64,000 bases of DNA from Macrostomum hystrix (GCA_950097015.1 CATNEN010000008.1:4587650-4651649), one strand, 5' to 3'. Shown: positions 35,708 to 49,100, counted from the first letter of the stretch. Translations and numbers: made by a program. The notes: generated by a model from the letters alone, not told the origin.

Positions 35708-37581
35708 TCAGAGTTCATCTTTGCGCTTCTTGGCAGCCTCCGGCTCATACTTGGGCAGCAGTTCTTTCACTAGGCGAATAAATTCGGCTTTCTCTGTGCA
35801 ACCGCGGCAGACTTCGCCCCAGTTCTCCAGGATTTTCTTCAGCTCCTTCACTTTCAGCTTCTCGAAGTTGATGGTGGTGAAGTCGACAGATTTCTCTGCA
35901 ATGGAGTAGATCGATTAGATTAGATTGAAATTAGCAGAAGTAAGAGACAGATGCAACTTACCATATTTCAGATCGCAAATCTGAGAATCCTTAGCTTTGA
36001 GTTTCTCGCAGACTTTCTCAGCCGGCATGCCCCAGCTGAGCGGCTTGGACAGCTCGTTGACAATGTAAGTGGCTGAGGTCTTCAGGCCGCCGACATAGTA
36101 GCACTGTGCAAGTACAGAGAAATCATTTGAAATATTATGAAGTTAATATTTAGAATACAAAAGAAAAGCTTTTAAAATCTTATGATACACTTACGAATCG
36201 CTCATCCTTGCCCTTAGCAGTGAGGCAGAACTTTTTGAAAGCTTCACTTATCTTGTCCATGTCGCCCTTGGTTGCATCATTTAAGCTGGATTCAAATCTA
36301 CGAATAAACTTGACACAGACTGTTCAATGGGGGAATGAATGTGGATAGGAGCTCTTATTAATTTAACAAACAATTATCACATTACTCATTTTTCAAAATG
36401 TGAGGTTAAACATCATATACTGGATTTTTTAAAAGTTCTAGACAGAAAATTAAGCCAATGAGCAACAATCACAGGGGTAATCTTAAATTACAAACATCTA
36501 ACATTATTCTTTATTTTTATCGACTCATCTCAGATTACATGCTTACAAGCATTGTACACCTTTTTTACTTTATGTCCTACAACTTAGCAAATAGACAAGA
36601 ATTTCAAAACTTATTAATATAGACTTCTTTGAAACAAAGAAATATTATATAACAATAAAAAAAGAAAGAATATATAGAACAAAAAATAACATCAACAATT
36701 AGAAATTACCCAATACCTTAAGTGATAATATAGAAGCTGATGGTTTAAGGAGTAAAATTTCTAACCTAAATAAGCTATTCAAAATATTTACTAAATCATA
36801 CATTTAAATAAGCTTGACTTTTAGTCCATCAATAGTTTTATAAAAAAACATATTAAGATAGACAACTTAGATAAATAGATAATTGATGTTTTTCATGCTA
36901 GAAAGTAAAAATATTCTGACAAAAGTGAATACATTGAAAAAAATAATTTTCCCTTTAAAATCTTCAAAATGATGGTAACAACATTTTGAAAGGCTACTAA
37001 GTAATGGGGCCTATGCTTTTATAATTTAAGATAGATAGAAAGGAAATATATAATAACTACTCAGATTTTTTCATAAAGATAGTTATACTTAATTTGTCAA
37101 ATACCAGCAATGAAAGATAGCTAGAAGTCTTAAATTCATAGCAATTGCAAGCTCAGATTTTTGTTTTAGGGAGGTACTAGCTTGTTTGTCTAATAAAAAA
37201 CCCTTTCAGATATAAAAAAAGCAATATAATAGACGGACAGAAGAATAAGCTAAGACTTTCCTGTTTTTTTAGATGGCAGAAAATTAATTAGAGTTTTATT
37301 TCTATACTTCAATAATTTAATGATTTAGTGTGGCTCCAATGCAATATCCAAGCAAAGAAGCCTTCATGATGTTCTTATTCCAAGCCACCTGCTGCATTAA
37401 ATTTCAATATGTTTTATTATTAATATGCTAACATAAATAAATAATCTCAAATTAAAATAAGCAATTCATAACTATTAGCCCGCTAGTATAGCAACTCACC
37501 TTCGCATGTCTCATCATTTACTTTGGCAGCAGAAGCAAAAGCCACACAAAAAAGGAACGCTGACACAAAATAAACACGCAT
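35708..37581 (-). CDS. MANF: MANF/ARMET (mesencephalic astrocyte-derived neurotrophic factor-like ER protein), 178 aa; exons 37581-37500, 36319-36195, 36103-35962, 35895-35708
   Basis: Signal peptide, CEVCVKFI...FC...[51 protein letters not shown]...[25 protein letters not shown]-terminal KDEL. All introns GT-AG and phase-consistent. Confidence 0.96.
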
Positions 37582-37729
37582 AATATGAAAAATAATATAA
37601 ATGTTTGATGTTAGAGAACTTTGAAAGAGATTTACTAACTGGAATACACTTGCTATTTCGCTCAATTTACGTTAATCAACCAGGAAGTAAAGTTCGAGTC
37701 TGACGTCGAAGTATTTCGAATAGCGTTAG

Positions 37730-37737
37730 TGACGTGG
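37730..37737. promoter_or_regulatory. UPRE-like element TGACGTGG ~150 bp upstream of the MANF ATG; CRE-like TGACGTCG at 37701-37708
   Basis: Exact match to the XBP1/ATF6-type UPRE consensus TGACGTG(G/A); MANF is a known UPR-induced gene. Function not shown. Confidence 0.45.
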
Positions 37738-38484
37738 GAAACGTGTTGCGACAATAACAAAGTTTGCTATTGCATTTTAGTTTTTTTATTTTGATGTTAA
37801 AATATGTCTCAAGTACTGCTGGCTATTTTTAATTAAACAGGAGAAGATTTGGCTTATTACTAAATTTGTGATACTATCGTAAATACAATTCCTGTTAGTT
37901 ATTAATCATCACGACGGAGGAAGAGTTTAGTTTGACCAGCGGTCCTATGAATGATATGAGGTTATCATAATTTTCTCATACTACGCTTTCCGATTCAAGG
38001 CTTATGTTATGGAATTAGATTAGTTCTAGTTATTTTTTCTGAAATTTAACAGTCACTTTAAGCTCCATAACTTAAAAGGGTTTCAATTGTTGACTCCTAT
38101 GTATGTGATCCGTAGGTGGGTTATTAGCCGCAGTTAGCGTAATATGTGAACGAAACTGAAAAAAGGGATTAAAAATCTATAATAGCGATTTTAAAGTTTT
38201 AATAGAAAAGTTTACAATTTTTCTTTCGTTACTTTCCTAAGTTGATAAATTATATTATTTAAACGTACACTAGATTTATTGTGGACCTTTTTTATTAAGG
38301 TAGCGCATCAAAAATAGCACCAAAAGAGCTGCACCAATAGTTCGTGTTGAAGGATTCTATTATTTAATTTGTTGATTCTGAGCAATAAAATAGAGTGCAT
38401 AGTTACCAGCAGCAGTCGAAAATTCCACGTCCGACAGGCAATGCGATCAGTAATTAAGGGGCGGGCAAAGCAGAGCTCAGGTGA

Positions 38485-39663
38485 TCAGCGGACACAGGTG
38501 ATCAAGCCGCTGCCCGGGTCATGTAGGCTTTGTGCCTGCGCCGCGCAGCAATGGCTTTCGGTCCACGGCTGCTCCCAGAAGCCGCAGCTGCCTCTTCCAT
38601 CGGGGACACAGCCGCTGAGCCAAGCACCAGGGCGCAGCTGTCCACGGGCTCGAGCTCGATGCCGCTGACGACCATGGGGCGCCGCTGATGCCAGGGCGGA
38701 CTGCATGCGCCGCCGCCTCCGATGCCAATGCCATGGACGGCACCGATGTGGACTCTGCAGTTCGGGCGGCCGTCGGCCTTGGTGACGATGCACAGCCTTG
38801 CACTTGCTCCACTGGCCTGCCTGGTCATGTCGCTGCTGTACATTGCTGCCACAAATGTTCCGAGGGGGCGAGCTGCCCTTTTCATTGTAGTTCAGGCTGT
38901 CGAAGATGGCGCTCGGCTTGATTGTGGCGGTGGCCGGCACGGACTCGGCCGTGGTCGGCATGGACTGCTTGACGGTGGCCAGCGATGTCTTCACGTTGGC
39001 CTGCATGGGCTTAGCAGGGGCGCGCACGGGCTCAGCAGTGGGCGGCGCGGGCTCAGGAGTGGGCGCTGACTCAACGTTGATCTGCGTGGACTTGACAACG
39101 ACCGGCGCAGACTCGTCCGTGGCCAGCGGTGTCTTTGCGTTGGCCGGGGTGAGCTCAGCATGGGCCGGCGCAGGCTCAACAGTGATCGACGCTGACTCGA
39201 CGTTGGCCGGCGCTGACTCAAAGGTGCTCACGTCGGCCGCCTCAGAGCTGACCGTGACAGCCTCGGTCTGGATGCTGGCTGCGTTGGTCTCCTTGCGGGC
39301 AACAGCAGCGCGGAGGCATGGGCGCAAGCTGGTCCTTTGCAGGTCCGGCATGGCGCACTGGCGCATGCGGCAGGCCGACTGACCAGTGTAGTGGCTGCAC
39401 TTGTGCCTGCCCAGGCAGATGTCGCACCGGCCACAATCCAATTTCCTCTTGCACGGGACACAGCTGCCGCACTGCCGTCCAGAGGCTCCGTCGTCCAGGT
39501 CGTCGGCAGCAGCGACCCCGTTTGTAATTTCGTCGACATCGTCGTCCGACTCCCAGTTGTCGCCGCTCGAGTCAGAGTCCGACTGATCCGAGCTTTCGTC
39601 GTCCCAGTCGGAGTCGTCGTCTGCCAACACTGGTCCCGAGGCTCGTCCTGGCGTGGTCGCCAT
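38485..39663 (-). CDS. Intronless CXXC zinc-finger protein (acidic N-terminus, CXXC at 39471-39355, Ala/Thr/Pro-rich linker), ~392 aa from ATG 39663
   Basis: CGSCVPCKRKLDCGRCDICLGRHKCSHYTGQSACRMRQC fits C-G-x-C-x2-C-x5-C-G-x-C-x2-C...C-x2-R-x-C. ATG lies in a CAAATGGCG context, with two CCAAT boxes at 39735-39739 and 39770-39774. The C-terminal frame is uncertain. Confidence 0.72.
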   Translation of the reverse strand: MATTPGRASGPVLADDDSDWDDESSDQSDSDSSGDNWESDDDVDEITNGVAAADDLDDGASGRQCGSCVPCKRKLDCGRCDICLGRHKCSHYTGQSACRMRQCAMPDLQRTSLRPCLRAAVARKETNAASIQTEAVTVSSEAADVSTFESAPANVESASITVEPAPAHAELTPANAKTPLATDESAPVVVKSTQINVESAPTPEPAPPTAEPVRAPAKPMQANVKTSLATVKQSMPTTAESVPATATIKPSAIFDSLNYNEKGSSPPRNICGSNVQQRHDQAGQWSKCKAVHRHQGRRPPELQSPHRCRPWHWHRRRRRMQSALASAAPHGRQRHRARARGQLRPGAWLSGCVPDGRGSCGFWEQPWTESHCCAAQAQSLHDPGSGLITCVR

Positions 39664-41725
39664 TTGTAACACAAATGGGTGTTGCCCAGGCCGAGTTTGA
39701 GCAATTAACCCACCTAGCGCCACCGGTCTGGCCGCCAATCACCATAATTGTGTATTCATACAAGCTGGTCCAATCAGCGTACAGTACAACAGTTCGCGAG
39801 GAGTACGGTACGAATACAGTACATAATAATATAATAACATCGTGAACAAAAAAATATGAAATGTAAAATACAAATAATATACAATTTAAAAATAGCAGGA
39901 GCATCATACCACACAGGGATCAATATTTGAATATTTAATATTTTCATGTACATGAAAAAGTATGATATGGGCCTACAAGTACGAAAAAAAGTTTGAACCG
40001 CTATTTGCAAGGTTCGGCAAAAAAAGTAACAGTTTTTTTACAGTTCCCACGAAATATCGACTGCTGGGTGCAGTATAATCGAGAGCTTCTGCAGAAATTC
40101 AATATTTTCGCAGTCTCTCAGCTGCATGCCTGCATGGGTGATGTGTAACCTAGCCCCTCATGTGTTTGCGAAAAAATCGGGATAATATGAAATAGGTAGG
40201 TCTTATTTTTCATAAAAACGATACACCGGATAGACTGCATGGTTGCCGGTTTTGCTGGTAAGATAAGCTGCCAGTATGGTGTGTGTGTGTGTGTATGTGT
40301 GTCAGCCACAAGTGAAGCGTGTCTTATCACTTCGACACTATAACAAATATTTGTAGATCAGTTTTGACTACCTTAGGACTGATACATTTCGTATTACTTC
40401 TGTGGTATTATAGCCCCGACCCGATTCACACGAGGCTAAGTGCCGATTAATAAAAATCTAAATTATACAATGACGCTTTTGAAATATTTTAGTACAATTT
40501 TCTAGTTTTGCTGCCTACAACGTCATTGAAAGTATGCATAGCGTAGCGTATCTAGACTATAAATTAAAGTATGCCAATTCACAAGGGAAAGGGTGTACAA
40601 TCTAGATCCACATGTACTTTTTGTTCGATCATTTACTTAATTAGCAAAGGACTGCAACGGCCGCGGCGTGGCATTTCAACTCACTGACTGTTGGTTGGGG
40701 CTAGATTGTTGGGAGCAGAAGAAGGGAGCGAGGTGAAGTCTGAACTGGATTGCACGAGTCGACCTTCTGCCTGGCAACGTATGTACATTATTCCTATACG
40801 GACGGAATTTTTGTTGAGAGTGGGAGGAACCTTTCCAGATTTTCCTCTTCTTCTGGCCTGCCTATTTGCCTGTCGATCGCGTGCCAGTGAAGAGCCAGAC
40901 ATTGGGAAGAAAGAGAGTGAGGAGAGGAAGGGGAGAACCGCGACTGCTGATCGAAGATTTCAAATATCTGGTCCGCTCCGGATTTTTCAGTTGGGGAAGA
41001 ACTTTGGATCCTCTGGAATATTTGGAGGAGGTGGGAGTGGTGGGATGAGAGAGAGGAGCGATGATGTACACACCCTCGCGAACATTTCTATCTGGGCGCG
41101 TACATTTTTCATGCGCGCACTACTGTGTTTTAAGGCTTTCCGTCACTATTGGGCCCAACTGCTCTCAATCTTTCTCTCTCTCTCTCTGTGTGTCTGTCTG
41201 TCTGTGTGCCGCTGGTCAAACGATAAAAGCTGGCCCAGTGAAGGCCTAGGTCTGGGACACACTTCGCACCGCGGCAAGTAGGTACTGCTAAGTTAACACA
41301 CCAGGTCAGTAGTCTATTGTTTGCTCTAAGTATTCAATAGAGTCATTTCCCAGCTTTGAATTGAATTAGCAAGCAAAAGCAGAAGACTTTGATAAGCCTT
41401 TCTTTGTCTCTGCGTATAATATAGGGCAGAGCGCAGAGCACGAATATTCGAATTTTGCTAATTCTGATTCTAAGAACTCAGCCAGAGTTGTACTCAAGAC
41501 TGCTGAATATCACTAGTCGTAAGCAGCCAATTCAGGCCATTGTTAATATCTCTTTTTCCAAAAGGTAAGACAATATTTTTAGGGCCAGTTGAGGTTGGCC
41601 TCTTAAACTTAAAACTCTGCGCTGCGGGGCTTAAAATATAGACTCAACTGAAAAATTATTGTAAAATTAATTTCACAGCTTCATTTCTTCCTGTGACCCA
41701 CAGATTTGTCAGTTGTCTGTTTCGA

Positions 41726-43291
41726 ATGGCGAGCGCTGGTAAGTGCCGAAGCAATTACAGTTATTTGGGCACGTGTGACAAAGTTAGAGAGTACGTACCG
41801 GGAGACATGCGACCAATGCGTAACAACCTACTGCTCAACCGTTTCAGAGGAGTACACAGTGGTGATGGATCCTCGCCTGCTCGGCGAAGAGTTCCCAAAG
41901 ATCTCGGCCAACAACAAGAGCATCATGGGTCAGTGCCTCACTGAGAAGATCTGGAACGACATGAAAGATCACAAGACCAAGACTGGAGACTGGACGCTGA
42001 GAAAGGTTTAATCTCTATTATCCATGCTCACTAACAATGCAACCTAGCTAAAATTTGAAGCTTTATATCTACGCACAAGCTAGCTTGAAATTCATCAAAC
42101 GATCAAACGACTCACTGTTAAATGAACGGCGCATGTTAAATATAAAATTCTGCCAGTTATTTGTACGGGCAAGAACTTCCAGACCTGGCCGAATTTGCAG
42201 AAATACCTGATTTGTTATGATGTAAAATAGTAAAATTTCTGTTCTGTAGGCCATTAACACCGGCTTCGTGAACGAGGACTCCCTGGTAGGTTGTCACGCG
42301 GGCGATCTGGAGAGCTACACCGACTTTGCCGCCCTGTTCGACCCCGTGATCGAGAAGTACCACGGCGGCTACGGGCCCGAGCGGAAGCACGTCACCGACA
42401 TGGACGCGGGGAAGCTGCGCGGCGACTTCGCCGAAAAGTCGAACATCAAGTCCACCCGCATCAGAGTGGCCAGGAACCTGTTTGGCTTCCCGCTCAACAC
42501 GGCCGGCACTCGCGAGTCGCGCCTGGCCATCGAGGACCTGATGAAGCGCGTCTTCGAGACCCTGACTGGCGACTTGGCCGGCACCTACTACTCGCTGGCC
42601 AGCCTCACCAAGGAGCAGCGGCAGCAGCTGGTTGACGACCACTTCCTGTTCAAGCCCGGAGACCGCTTCCAGGTCGCGTCAGGCTACCACGCGTAAGTAG
42701 CCGGCGCGGATCATTTATGATTGTAAGAAAGCGTAAAATATTCACATTCTGAACACACTGCTTGAAGTAGAACAGTGCGCTATTTTTAGCTTCTGGCCGG
42801 CCGGTCGTGGCATCTTCCACAACAAGGACAAGACCTTCCTGCTGTGGCTGAACGAGGGCGACCACATCCGCATCATCAGCATGCAGCAGGGCGGCGATGT
42901 CAAAGCCGTCTTCGAGCGCCTCTGCCGCGGAGTCCGCGCCATCGAGGATGGCATCAAGCAGATAACTGGCAACGCCCAGGCCTTCCTGGCCACCGACCAC
43001 CTGGGCATGATCACCTGCTGCCCGTCAAACCTGGGCACCGGCCTGCGCGGCAGCGTGCACATCGTGCTGCCCCACCTGTTCAAGACCATGGGGCTCAAGA
43101 AGCTGGATGAGCTGGCTCGCAGTCTGGGCTGCCAGGTGCGCGGCACTCACGGAGAGCACACCGAGATAGTTGACACCTGCGACATCTCCAACTTTCACCG
43201 CATCGGTCGGGCCGAGTACGAACTGGTGCAGAACATGATTGACACCGTCAACAAGCTCAACGAGCTGGAGGCCGAGGCTGCTAAGCAGTGA
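41726..43291 (+). CDS. Phosphagen (arginine-kinase-like) kinase, 371 aa; exons 41726-41738, 41848-42005, 42250-42692, 42790-43291
   Basis: FDPVIEKYH, STRIRVARN, LVDDHFLFKPGDRF, WPAGRGIFHN, WLNEGDHIRIISMQ, TCCPSNLGTGLRGSVH, VRGTHGEHTE, DISN..RIG. Junction phases 1, 0 and 2 are consistent. Confidence 0.95.
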
Positions 43292-44021
43292 TTGCGCAGG
43301 GACGGCAGGGACAAAATTGACTTTTGCGCCGAATCGGAATCACTAATAATTTATTTTCTTAGCAACTTTTGTCTCTTCACCAATTATTAGATTAGCTTGT
43401 GAGCCTCTCAATGCACAACTATTGGTTTGCCATTGTCTTAGAAATTAGGCATATGAAGTCGGTTTTATTTAAACGAAAGCATTTCGGCATCAGTTTAAAT
43501 ATTCGGTTAAAGTTAGGTTCGACCTGTCGTAGGTTAGAGTCGAAAGAAAAATGTGACAAGCGAAAGAAATCGTTCGACAAAGAACAAAATTACGGTAGAC
43601 GCAGTTTTGAATCTATTTTCTGTTCTTGTTCTTTAAACTTTTCTCATAGAAAGAGCAATATAAATGAAAACAATATACATTTTTATATTATAGCCTTTTA
43701 GCGTCTAGCGCCGATTTGAAACTGTTGTATAAAGTCAGTTTTTAATCGATCTTTTCTGTTTTCAAGCTTTTTAATCTAAAATTTTCTTTCCTACTTTAAA
43801 AAAATTAGATTTACTTGTACTTAGGACCCAACCACACAGTAGTCAATCTTTCTGGCAATGGCTTCTTAATCGAATTTCATCGTAAATTTGAATAAAATTC
43901 CTGAAATCTACTTTCAGAAAAAGCAAATATTTTCACTTTATGGGCGACAAGTAAGAATAAAAACAACTTTATCAAAGTTTGAGTTCTCATTGTGTTTAGA
44001 TTTCTGCAGAGCATCTGAATC

Positions 44022-46171
44022 ACACTGCATCACACTATGCATCACACTCTGCATCACACTATGCATCACACTATGCATCACACTATGCATCACACTATGC
44101 ATCACACTATGCATCACACTCTGCATCACACTCTGCATCACAGTATGCATCACACTATGCATCACACTATGCATCACACTATGCATCACACTCTGCATCA
44201 CACTCTGCATCACAGTATGCATCACACTATGCATCACACTATGCATCACACTCTGCATCACACTCTGCATCACACTCTGCATCACACTCTGCATCACACT
44301 ATGCATCACACTATGCATCACACTCTGCATCACACTCTGCATCACACTCTGCATCACACTCTGCATCACACTATGCATCACACTCTGCATCACACTCTGC
44401 ATCACACTCTGCATCATACTCTGCATCATACTTTGCATCACACTCTGCATCACACTCTGCATCACACTCTGCATCATACTCTGCATCACACTCTGCATCA
44501 CACTATGCATCACACTCTGCATCACACTCTGCATCACACTCTGCATCACACTCTGCATCACACTCTGCATCACACTCTGCATCACACTATGCATCACACT
44601 CTGCATCACACTCTGCATCACACTCTGCATCACACTCTGCATCACACTCTGCATCACACTCTGCATCACACTCTGCATCACACTCTGCATCACACTCTGC
44701 ATCACACTCTACATCACACTCTGCATCACACTCTGCATCATACTCTGCATCACACTCTGCATCACACTCTGCATCACACTCTGCATCACACTCTGCATCA
44801 CACTCTGCATCACACTCTGCATCACACTCTGCATCACACTATGCATCACACTCTGCATCACACTCTGCATCACACTCTGCATCACACTCTGCATCAAACT
44901 CTGCATCACACTCTGCATCACACTCTGCATCACACTCTGCATCACACTCTGCATCACACTCTGCATCACACTCTGCATCATACTCTGCATCACACTCTGC
45001 ATCACACTCTGCATCACACTCTGCATCACACTCTGCATCACACTCTGCATCACACTCTGCATCACACTCTGCATCACACTATGCATCACACTCTGCATCA
45101 CACTCTGCATCACACTCTGCATCACACTCTGCATCACACTCTGCATCACACTATGCATCACACTCTGCATCACACTCTGCATCACACTCTGCATCACACT
45201 CTGCATCATACTCTGCATCACACTATGCATCACACTATGCATCACACTCTGCATCACTCTATGCATCATACTCTGCATCACACTCTGCATCACACTCTGC
45301 ATCACACTATGCATCACACTCTGCATCACACTCTGCATCACACTATGCATCACACTCTGCATCACACTCTGCATCACACTATGCATCACACTCTGCATCA
45401 CACTCTGCATCACACTATGCATCACACTATGCATCACACTATGCATCACACTATGCATCACACTCTGCATCACACTCTGAATCTCATTCTGCATCACACT
45501 CTGCATCACACTCTGCATCACACTCTGCATCACACTCTGAATCTCATTCTGCATCACACTCTGCATCACACTCTGCATCACACTCTGAATCTCATTCTGC
45601 ATCACACTCTGCATCACACTCTGCATCACAGTATGCATCACACTATGCATCACACTCTGCATCACACTCTGAATCTCATTCTGCATCACACTCTGCATCA
45701 CACTCTGCATCACACTCTGCATCACACTCTGAATCTCATTCTGCATCACACTCTGCATCACACTCTGCATCACACTCTGCATCACACTCTGAATCTCATT
45801 CTGCATCACACTCTGCATCACACTCTGCATCACACTCTGCATCACACTCTGCATCACACTCTGCATCACACTCTGCATCACACTCTGCATCACAGTATGC
45901 ATCACACTCTGCATCACACTCTGAATCTCATTCTGCATCACACTCTGCATCACACTCTGCATCACACTCTGCATCACACTCTGAATCTCATTCTGCATCA
46001 CACTCTGCATCACACTCTGCATCACACTCTGCATCACAGTATGCATCACACTCTGAATCTCATTCTGCATCACACTCTGCATCACACTCTGCATCACACT
46101 CTGCATCACACTCTGCATCACACTCTGCATCACACTCTGCATCACACTCTGCATCACACTCTGCATCACAC
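44022..46171. repeat. 12-bp satellite (GCATCACACTCT)n, ~180 copies
   Basis: Tandem periodicity; source of ORFs 43888, 43938, 44037 and 44709. Confidence 0.98.
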
Positions 46172-46177
46172 CTGTCC

Positions 46178-49100
46178 TCAGACAGCCCAACTCGGGTCAA
46201 GTAAAACCTTCTTCGACAGTTGCGATCGCATCTCTGGCACCGAATGATAAAACAGCTGATTGTTGCCAGGTCGGCCAGCTCGAACTGGATTCTCCTTCAC
46301 TCGCCGATTCACCTGGGTCATGATGTCTAGCAGGTGTTCTCGGCGATATTCTCTCTCTAGCACCGCGCACAGCGTCTGGATGAAGACGGAGCCGCGGCCG
46401 GGGTCCCTGTAGGCTGGCCCGGTCTCCGTGTTGGCATAGCAGAACAGGAAGTCACTCTCCGTAGGACAGAAAAGCGGATCTTTTACCGGGGCTCTGACGG
46501 GCACTGAGTCCGTGCTCACAGACGCCTGGCGAAGCTCAGCGGCCTCCGATCGACCGCCGCGGCAGGCTTGGACAAAAAATATCTTCGGCTTGTGCTCCAA
46601 GCCACTGCAAATGTTGGCCTGCAGTCTGGCGGCCAGGTACCTGCCGATTGATTAACCAATCAATCTGTTCAATCAGTTGATCAATCGATCAATAAGAAAT
46701 TAAGAAGTCAATCAATTCAAGGAATATAACTTTTTAATAAAAAAATCTATCAATGCTCAACTTCTCAATGAATTATTGACCTTTAAATGAAATCCAATTA
46801 ATAATTATTCAAATTGCGAGTATGCATCTACTCGTATCTAACAATTGATAAGTTAGGCAATCTATTTATCAATTGATGTATGGGGATGACTGTCGGAGCT
46901 AAAACGCTCGCTCGAAGGGTCCCTGAACTCGAGTCCGCTACGAGGCAACATTTATTTGTGGCGCAGCCGCGTTGTGGGCTAGAGTTCTTGGAATGCAATT
47001 CGCGCCCATGAGAGCCAATTCCCGATGAGATGAGCCAATGATATCAGCCAGCCAATGAGATTAGCCAGCCAATTGGAGCAGCCAGCCAATCAGATTAGCC
47101 AGCCAATGAGATTAGCCAGCCAATTGGAGCAGCCAGCCAATCAGATTAGCCATGCAGTCAATGAGATCAGGCAGCTAATTAAAAGAGCCGCTGACCTAAT
47201 CTCTAGCGGTCTGCCATCGCAGCCGTAGATTGAGTCGGCGGTGCCATGAGCCATGAGGAAGCAGACAAAGCAGCCGTGTCGATTAAGCTCGGCTTCGTTG
47301 TTGGCCAGCTCGTGAATGCAGTTGAGCATGCCATTCACGCTAAGATCTTGCTTCACAACCACCCGAAAGCGCAGCTTCTCAAACAATAGCTGAATTCGTT
47401 CGACATCAAATTCGGAGCCGTCGCGACACTCGAACTTGGAGCTGGCGGTGTACTTGTTGATGTTGATTATCAGGCAGAAGCCTTGCGGGTCTGTAATGCG
47501 GTAAAAATCTTCTGGGCGGTACCTGGAGGGGAGTTTAAAAGTAAATAAGCTTTTGTTGGGTTTGCGGTTGCACTTTTATGATTTAGACCTCGTTTACATT
47601 CTATGTTATCTTACTTCCTTTCTCTCGTGCGCTGTCTCACTCTAGCAGTGTTTACTCACCGCATATGCACCTGCGTGTCAGTGCATGTTTTAGCCCTCAA
47701 CCTATCAAATCGTTTCAATAATCAATGTACATTCATCGAACAGTCTGTGCATAATAAATAGATCGCAAGTTTTGGCTCTGGCCCTCAACAGTTCGTTTGT
47801 CAGCTAACATGACCTGGCTAGTGTCATTCAGCTTGCAGATTTTATTAATCAAGCATTACTGCCACTCTCTCCCTAACTCTACCAAACTCTACCAAACTCT
47901 ACCAAACTCTACCAAACTCTACCAAACTCTACCAAAATCTACCAAACTCTACCAAACTCTACCAAACTCTACCAAACTCTACCAAACTCTACCAAACTCT
48001 ACCAAACTCTACCAAACTCTACCAAACTCTACCAAACTCTACCAAACTCTACCAAACTCTACCAAACTCTACCAAAATCTACCAAACTCTACCAAACTCT
48101 ACCAAACTCTACCAAACTCTACCAAACTCTACCAAACTCTACCAAACTCTACCAAACTCTACCAAACTCTACCAAACTCTACCAAACTCTACCAAACTCT
48201 ACCAAACTCTACCAAAATCTACCAAACTCTACCAAACTCTACCAAACTCTACCAAACTCTACCAAACTCTACCAAACTCTACCAAAATCTACCAAACTCT
48301 ACCAAACCACGCCAGACTCTACCAAACCCCGCCAAACTCTACAAAACCACACCAAACTCTACCAAACCCCGCCAAACTCTACAAAACCACACCAAACTCT
48401 ACCAAACCCCGCCAAACTTTACAAAAACCACATCAAACTCTACCAAACCCCGCAAAACTCTACCAAACTCTACCAAACTCTACCAAACTCTACCAAACTC
48501 TACCAAACCCCGCCAAACTCTACCAAACCACGCCAGACTCTACCAAACCCCGCCAAACTCTAAAAAACCACTAAACTCTACCAAACCTCGCCAAACTCTA
48601 CAAAACCACACCAAACTCTACCAAACCCCGCCAAACTTTGCAAAAACCACACCAAACTCTACCAAACCCCGCCAAACTCTACCAAACTCTACCAAACTCT
48701 ACCAAACTCTACCAAACTCTACCAAACTCTACCAAACTCTACCAAACTCTACCAAACTCTACCAAACTCTACCAAACTCTACCAAACTCTACCAAACTCT
48801 ACCAAACTCTACCAAACTCTACCAAACTCTACCAAACTCTACCAAACTCTACCAAACTCTACCAAACTCTACCAAACTCTACCAAACTCTACCAAACTCT
48901 ACCAAACTCTACCAAACTCTACCAAACTCTACCAAACTCTACCAAAATCTACCAAACTCTACCAAACTCTACAAAACCACACCAAACTCTACCAAACCCC
49001 GCAAAACTCTACCAAACCCCGCCAAACTCTACAAAACCCCGCAAAACTCTACCAAACCCCGCCAAACTCTACAAAACCACACCAAACTCTACCAAACCCC

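Noticed and set aside
40681-41281. ORFs of 62-196 aa upstream of the phosphagen kinase
   Set aside because: No recognisable motif, overlapping ORFs on both strands, and includes CT/GT microsatellite; more likely promoter or UTR.
43888-46247. Long ORFs of 255-736 aa (CITL, HHTL, QSVM repeats)
   Set aside because: Translations of the 12-bp satellite, open on both strands only because the monomer lacks stops.
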